Of a stretch of DNA of 64,000 nt, positions 56,988 through 64,000 are shown piece after piece (within the stretch, counting starts at the first letter, position 1; each line of letters begins with the position of its first letter). A program made the translations under genes and the position numbers. The notes beneath the pieces are model-generated. The model was given only the letters and a program-made list of their open reading frames with translations. It did no database searches and was not told where the DNA came from. Where the stretch lies: positions 3,720,001 to 3,784,000 of the forward strand of contig NW_025766225.1 in the NCBI RefSeq assembly GCF_003918875.1, read 5' to 3'. The stretch comes from Haliotis rubra. Its lineage: Eukaryota.

Positions 56988-57152
56988 CTGACTGACTGAG
57001 TTTGGTTTTACGCTGCTTTTAGTGGTATTCCAGCAACATCATGGCGGGGGACACCAGAAATGGGCTTACACATTGTACCCATGTGGGGATTTGAACCCGG
57101 GTCTTCGTCGTGACGAGCCAATGCTTTAACCACTAGGCTACCCCACTGTCCC
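56988..57152 (-). mobile_element. SINE family A copy in an ASB-like intron
   Basis: TSD ATTGTCCAAATA. Confidence 0.85.
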
Positions 57153-57346
57153 ATTGTCCAAATAAATGAATTTCCAGATATCCGTGTCAATTTATGGAGG
57201 CGCATAAAACAACAACCCACTATTGTGTAATACAGAAGATTATGTGTGCTTTATGCTCTGTCAAAAACTACACAGGATTCATTCAGTGATTTCATATGAA
57301 GGAACTTGGTCAATATGAATGTGAAATTTGAGACAAAACTAAGCGT

Positions 57347-57685
57347 GAAATAGCATCATCTGGACATATTTCCTTCCTATGTACCAGTGAAAGCAACAAT
57401 AATATAACACAAGGAAGTTTGACACAATGTCCAGAATAAATTGTATCAGAATTTATTATGATATTTCGCTATTTATAACCTGCACCAGTGCATGTTCAAA
57501 ATATGAATAAAATATAATAGCATCATATGGACATGTTTCCTTCCAATGTACCAGTTAAAACAACAATAATATAACACAAGGAAGTTTGACACAATGTCCA
57601 GAATAAATTGTATCAGAATTTATTATGATATTACAGGGTGCAATTTCACTATTTACAACCTGAACCAGTGCATGTTAAAAATGGC
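57347..57685. repeat. Tandem duplication, about 168-bp unit
   Basis: Two copies of ATAGCATCAT...CCAGTGCATGTT. Confidence 0.8.
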
Positions 57686-60211
57686 TGGTAGGTTGTCTTT
57701 AGTAAGAGGTTGCACTCGGTGCAGGTAGGAATAAATCTTCTAACATCTCACAGCTGTCATCATGTGTTTTAATTGTGAAGTAAGGGTCTGGAAGTAAAAA
57801 GAGTTGTTACAAGCACAAACATGTGTGTACTCATTAATCAGTTACATAGCAGTAATCATATAATTGAGATTTATAGATAAAGGTAATACAAAATTAAAAC
57901 AGAATCATTCATCATTATCATCATGGGATCTGGTTCTGTTGAATGTATCTGATACTGAGTACTTGTTATGAAAATTGCTAAACAAGTATTATGTTATATT
58001 TTAGAACCAGTGACATTATTTTATGTTGCAACCAAATTTTTTATGGTGAAGCCAGACCTATAAGCCAGGTTGCACTTGGTTCAGGTACTGAAAAACCCCC
58101 ATGAAGTTGCACCCTGTATTAGAAATAATATAATCCAATACTGTGTTATTTTAGTTGCAATGTTTACTATTTTCATAACTACAAGTGTACCACTTTTGTA
58201 CAACTGATTACTATTGCCCGATATGTTTTGACATATAACACAGCTTGATCGGTCATCATTGAGATTTCCCTTGGCCCTGGTATTTCATTATATTGATTAG
58301 ATCTGTATTATAAAAGCATCACATTTATGATATATATTTCCATCTTTAACTAGCATTCATTTCAACATCATCATCCCATACTATATTAATTTCAGATATA
58401 ATCAGATTTAACATGACATTAAGTCACTCTACTGCCTATTAAGACTTTCTGAGAGTTTTTGTTTCATAGGTAACGTTAATCTTGATATTAAACATGTGGC
58501 CCAGTCTTTTGAATGCTGCCATTTGCTGTGCAGATTTACCTCCCTTGAGCATGCTAGAATGGTGCTGGGATCAAATCCCACATTGCCATGATTGTGTTTC
58601 TGGTTTGTCAGCACCATCATCATGCTTGTTGGTTTTGATGATAACACAGCTCTCTTGTGTTTTTTAATGACCCTGCCGTCCCTGGAGACTTCTCTCCTCC
58701 CTGCTGGGGGTTGCTGTTGTCTTACAAGAAACTCAAATTTAGATTTTGTTTGTTTGTTCTTTGCTCTCTACATTTTAGAAAGAAAATGTAAAAGATATTA
58801 GCTTTTGGTAACAATGGGAACTGTCGCTACATGGAGCATCAGGGGAGTCGTTATATCTCCTTCCATCAAAATCACAGGTCCAGTGGTATTTTTAATAGAG
58901 GCAAGAATTTAGGGATGTCAAATTTTATATTTTGAGAAACACAACATTTCTGGGTGGATTTTTACTCTTCCATCAGGTGAATATGCAAGTACTTTCATTC
59001 ACCTGATAAAGAAGTAAGATAATATACCCGTACTCCGAAATATATGTCCTCAAAATAAAGATGCTGAATCCATATATTCTTGCTTTTATGTGTATCACTT
59101 CCAATGCCATTCAAAGGTAATGTTTATTTGAACTATACAGGATGTAAATCAGTCCCAGTTTGACATTTTACATATTTTTATTATTATTATGCTGTTACGT
59201 CCCTTTGATAGTGAATTTGATTAACACAATATTTTACTGTGAACAAGTGTAGGCAGGCCACATTGGCACAGTCTCCCCTCCCATCATTGTGGTAGACTTT
59301 GTAACAGATGTCACACATTACAGGGTATAAAAAGAACTAAATTGGAACGACTAACAAATTAATCATTTTGGTATGAATTATGCCATAGACAATTGTGTAA
59401 ACAAATAGACATGCATCTACTTCCTATTCAGTTACCTAAACATAAAAAAAACATATATTGAGAAAACTATTACACATAGACCACGGCAGCATGTCTGCAT
59501 ATAAAAAAATGACAAGAATTAATTTGAGCATGTTTGATAACTTGTTGCATGTTTTGTTTTTCAGATATCTAAAACTCCATTGCCATACGTACTGTCAGTC
59601 ATCTTCATCATCACCCAGCTAGTAGCCTGTATGTAGTCATGGTAACATACACAGCATTGCTTTCAACTGCAGTGGTGCATGCTTGATGCATGGTTGAACT
59701 CCAGGGAGGTGTCACAAGAGTGTAACATAACACGATTTTCTTGAGGTTTGTAAACGTTCATCATGTTTATTACATGTTTCTCTGCTGATTTTATATAAGT
59801 TTATGAGAGATTATAAGTAAAGTATCTTGCGATTAAATCTATGAATGTCCCCGAAACCTTAACCCTGTTTTGAAAACGTTTCATGCACACATGCAAGAAT
59901 AAGTCGGTGCATGAACCCTCCTGTCTCAGCCCCTTTTGAAGACATCTCGTGCATGCATGCAACCATGATCGATCCCGTCAGTTCCAACCCTGATGTTTTA
60001 TTCCTGCATCAATCTTTGATATAGAACAGTAGACAATTTTGCTCTATAGTACATTAACCTATGCAGCCTGTCATGGAAAATACTATGTAATCTTTATGTC
60101 TATGTGTACTTAGTGCATTTAAAATAGGGATCCACAAAACAATTGATGTTTGAACACAATGAGTACCACTAACATCTATTTACCATTCTATACTACTAAT
60201 CCATGTGTTTT

Positions 60212-60452
60212 CAGGGGTGGAAATAACCCATTGCCCGACGTCTGAGTCCAGTGTTTTTTTCTGTAGGGCAAGCAGATTTGTATATCACACTGTACCGGTG
60301 TCCAGTTGACTTTCCATTGTTATTTATGTTGTTTATTTTTAAAAATCAACAAGAAAACGGCCGGTATAGTGGAAAAATTATCAGGGCAAGTGATTTTACA
60401 TGTGCCACTGTTCCGGAGTACACTAGCAATTTTAAAGTTATTTCCACCCCTG
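60212..60452. mobile_element. MITE with 16-bp TIR CAGGGGTGGAAATAAC (hAT-like)
   Basis: Perfect terminal inverted repeat; internal GGGCAAG motifs as in 22693-23098. Confidence 0.7.
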
Positions 60453-61262
60453 TATTTTGTGTAATATGCTGTGTTCTTGGGCTTGATGTCATCATACTGT
60501 TTACTCTGGAATTGTTTCATGTTTCTGTTTTGTTTTAGATCAGTATGTCACATTATAACACAGTGAATATGATATGTATCACAGACACTGGGCAATGAAT
60601 ATGAATGTTGGTTAATAAATACAATAACAAGTCAGCAGCAGCTGTATAATATTTATTATATCCATTAAAACAAAAGCAAAATATATTTTTGGGCAATGTT
60701 TTGACCATGTTGACAGTGTTAATTTATCACAACAACTACCAGTAATCACATTACTGTCAGTTTAAAAATACCTTCATAAGAGTGTTGTCAAGAGATACAG
60801 TTTGATTCACCTAGGAGTCCACAGCATTACTGGTACACCGCAATACATTTTCCAAGTAATATATATTTTTTCTGTGTACCGGAATGTTGGGTAAAAACAT
60901 GTGACAAGTTTACTTATCATGTCTATGGTTTAATTCTGGGACAATGGACACAAATGAATACTGAGAGAAACGGTTCACACTGGGGATAGTCAAAAGTGAA
61001 CTAAAAATCAAAGATTTTATAAATATAATAAACGTCTTTATATTTTGAAATCTGGTAAATATTGTGACCAAGTGGAGAGGCTCTAACAACATAACACACA
61101 AGAGTGTATCCAGTTCATTCTGTATTCAGAAACCTTCTGTGTGATGAAGCACATGGAGAAGCCTCCCAGTTTAGCTCCTCTCTCTCTTGTCTTACACTCT
61201 GACACTGGCTCCCTCTCTCTTATCAGTAGGTCTTTAACTCTGGACCAATGCTGGGTCAGTCC

Positions 61263-61452
61263 TAGTCTGTCGTACAGACACTGAAGCAAATATATCCAAG
61301 AAAGTCCACGCAAGTCTAGAAAATGTGGCAAGTCTAGATTTCCTCAGCTTCATGAAGAAAGTCTCAGGGCTCCTTTTCATTATATTATATTTTTTTTACT
61401 ATGAACTTTTTTCAGTAAAATATGTTCATTTCAGAGACTAGTTGTTAGTCTA
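61263..61452. mobile_element. 190-bp non-autonomous element with TAG...CTA ends and 9-bp TSD (relatives at about 46255-46445 and 23944-24100)
   Basis: GGTCAGTCC duplicated on both flanks; three similar copies in the window. TAG ends with a 9-bp TSD resemble AcademH-type elements (inference). Confidence 0.65.
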
Positions 61453-61657
61453 GGTCAGTCCTTGTCCTGAGAGCCTTATGCTAATCCCAGATGACAAGTA
61501 TTTATAGCTTTAACCCCTAACATGTGTCTTTAAGGAATCTCCCCATCACCTTAAGTACTTAGGGAAAGATAAACCTTAAACACCCTGTCACAATAATGAA
61601 GAATATATAAATATAAGAAACATCATTGATATTTTGTGTCACCTGTTCTGTTCCCAG

Positions 61658-62022
61658 AATGCTGCAATAAGGCGGAACATCAAGGTGGTGGAGATGTTGC
61701 TTGAGGGGGAAACATCATTGATATTTTGTGTCACCTGCTGACTTGAATGCTGCAATCTTGGTGGTGGAGATGTTGCTTGAGGGAGCGACATGCGGTCGCA
61801 CAGCTCTCACCAACATGATGACCGAGTGGGTTAAAAACGTGCAGGGAGTGCCCTTCATTCCGGATGACGTCATGACGATCATTGTAATGATGGTACAAGC
61901 TGGAGTCGACCTGAACCTCAACATATGCGAGTACTGCAATCCCATGTTGACTGCTGCAAATCTGAAAGCCGAGCCACTGCTCAGACTGTTCCAAGCCAAT
62001 GGTGCTGATGCCAATCTTACAT
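61658..62022 (+). CDS. Ankyrin repeat/SOCS box protein, second coding exon (internally scrambled at about 61710-61785)
   Basis: ttcccAG acceptor, phase 0 matching the previous donor; NAAIRRNIKVVEMLLEG...GRTALTNMM...GVDLN...GADANLT; GTGAGT donor (phase 1). Confidence 0.8.
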
Positions 62023-62844
62023 GTGAGTTGCTCCTGTTAATTAAGAAATACAGGTCTCTCTACTCCCATGTATAGTGTAATAAAGTACAGTTTTGCCCTG
62101 AACTGTTACAGTTAAAGCATCCTCATGCTTTGGATTGTACACTGATCCATTGACTGGTAAATAACATCGCACCTTGAGCATACTAAAGGATGTGGATATG
62201 ACTTTATGTCAGTGAAATATTTAGTGAAATATTTGTGTGTGACCTGTATTTCTGACTTAAATTGTGGCAGCCTAAAGTAAAACCAGACAAGTAAGTGACA
62301 ATACATCAAGCATCAGAGGTACAGATAAGCTGCGTAAATTATGCAAATGTTTATGTGAAAACTCAATTCCTTTTAGTCTATTGCGTACAAGTACCCTTGA
62401 ATTTTTGTAAATACCCAATAAATGTGTTCTTACATGCGTACACACGAAAATGTCAAATCTTAGCTTGCGTACATGTGGATAGATAAATAACTTAGGAATA
62501 TTGAGAGGTTCTATTTCAGGATATGAACTTTGCAACTTGCAGTTTTTCTGATTGTTTCTCATGTTACAGATCAAATATAAATAACAAACACTAACATTTA
62601 AACTTTATTATATTTTTACAATTAATGGAAAATGGCAAAATACCCAATTGAGTTTGAGTGAGGTGAGTACAATGTTATTGGTTACTCAAAGGAAAATTAG
62701 GATACCCAATTGAGATGAACACAAGAGAGTACATAACTCAGTTACCCAAAACGTTATCTGTAGCTCAGAAGCATGATCACATCACGGCTGTACAGTTTAC
62801 CTGTATGGGGATTTACAAATATCAGGTTGTGTTCTCGAACAGGA

Positions 62845-63100
62845 GACCCGTGAAGATCCGGGTTAGAATTGATATTCAGTGACCCATGTTTGTTGTAAGA
62901 GGCTACTAACGGGATCAGGTGGTCAGACTCGCTGGTTGACACATATCATCGTATCCCAATTGCGCAGATTGATGTTCATGCTGTTGATCACTGGATTGTC
63001 TGGTCTAGATTCGATTATTAACAGACTGCCACAATATCGCTGGAATATTGCAGAGTGCGGCATAAGACTAAACTCCCTCTCTCACTCCCTTTCTCACTCT
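62845..63100 (+). mobile_element. SINE-like family C copy
   Basis: Reverse complement of the 43708 copy; AACAGGA on both flanks. Confidence 0.8.
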
Positions 63101-63406
63101 AACAGGACTGTAACAAGACTGTGAGTGACACACATTGGCAATACTTTCAAGACGTACCTATGTCAGCTGCAACAACACATGCATCTATAGTTAGAAAACA
63201 CTGACTGACACTGGATTTACTGTTCATCTTGCCAACACCCAATATAGCATGCACGTTTCTGATGCAGCAAAGGTTGATGTTATCCACTTGCAATAACTTC
63301 ATGGCACAAAACGCTCCAGACTTACTGTAGTAATATTCACACAGATAGTTTGCAATGTGCTGGTTTTTAGTGGAAGGGTAAGGTGAAGTTGGTGTCTGTT
63401 TTTCAG

Positions 63407-63896
63407 CTGTGATGGGAGTATCCAGCCTACTGATATCCACCAGCAAGAACGACATCCTGTCTTTGAAGACACTACTGGAGTGGAATGTCCACACAGATAT
63501 CCCCGGTCTGATCTACAAGCGGCGTGAGGATAAGGAGTACACAGTCGATCCATTTGAGCTGGCAATAATGGAAGGACATTTTGATATTGCCAAGATTCTT
63601 ATTTCTGCTGGATACAAGAAATACCACAAACCATATCTGTTTGAGCAGGCTCGACTGCCGAAGATGCTTCAGCAGAATCCAGAAATGTTTCACTGGCTTC
63701 TATCAAAGGCTTCTTGTCCAGATACACTATTTAATTTGGTGATATTTTCTTGTCGGACGTTGTTGGGTAGAAATGTTAAATCAGCTGTGAAGAAACTGCC
63801 CATCCCTGCCAGAATTAGAGGAAGCATCCCTGCCAGAACTGTTGGATATTAGGAAGGATTGCCCTGGCAGAACTGTTGGATATTAACGACGCCTAA
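63407..63896 (+). CDS. Ankyrin repeat/SOCS box protein, last coding exon with C-terminal SOCS box
   Basis: gtttttcAG acceptor, phase 1; PFELAIMEGHFDIAKILISAG ankyrin-like repeat, then PDTLFNLVIFSCRTLLG...VKKLPIPARIR SOCS-box-like motif. Stop is at 63852 as assembled, or 63896 if the local duplication is an artefact. Confidence 0.82.
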
Positions 63897-64000
63897 TGGT
63901 TAAAGCTCTTCATAGATCACAACTGACTGAGGTGGATTTAAATTTATTTATCGGTAGAGATGCAGTAACAAAGGTCATATACTAAACCAAGTATCTTGAC

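Overview
AT-rich, intron- and repeat-rich animal genomic DNA; the SINE repertoire suggests a mollusc (inference). Most six-frame ORFs are noise. Two head-to-head protein-coding genes are present. (1) Rab6 GTPase on the minus strand, about 48 kb: coding exons 1-6 at 52466-52397, 44712-44654, 23405-23352, 21122-21017, 20774-20663 and 19766-19673. It ends in two alternative, paralogous 68-nt terminal coding exons (12454-12387, ...EGGCAC*; 4211-4144, ...EGGCSC*), each preceded by a U12-type (minor spliceosome) branch site at identical spacing. The expected penultimate exon (LFRRVAAALPG...) could not be found. (2) An ankyrin-repeat/SOCS-box (ASB-like) gene on the plus strand (about 56196-63896) with frameshifts and scrambled micro-duplications that look like consensus errors. 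The rest comprises three SINE families with TSDs, piggyBac-like non-autonomous elements, Harbinger-like and other MITEs, a four-level nested insertion, a near-perfect 1251-bp tandem duplication, minisatellites and an odd tRNA-headed element with inverted and direct repeats.
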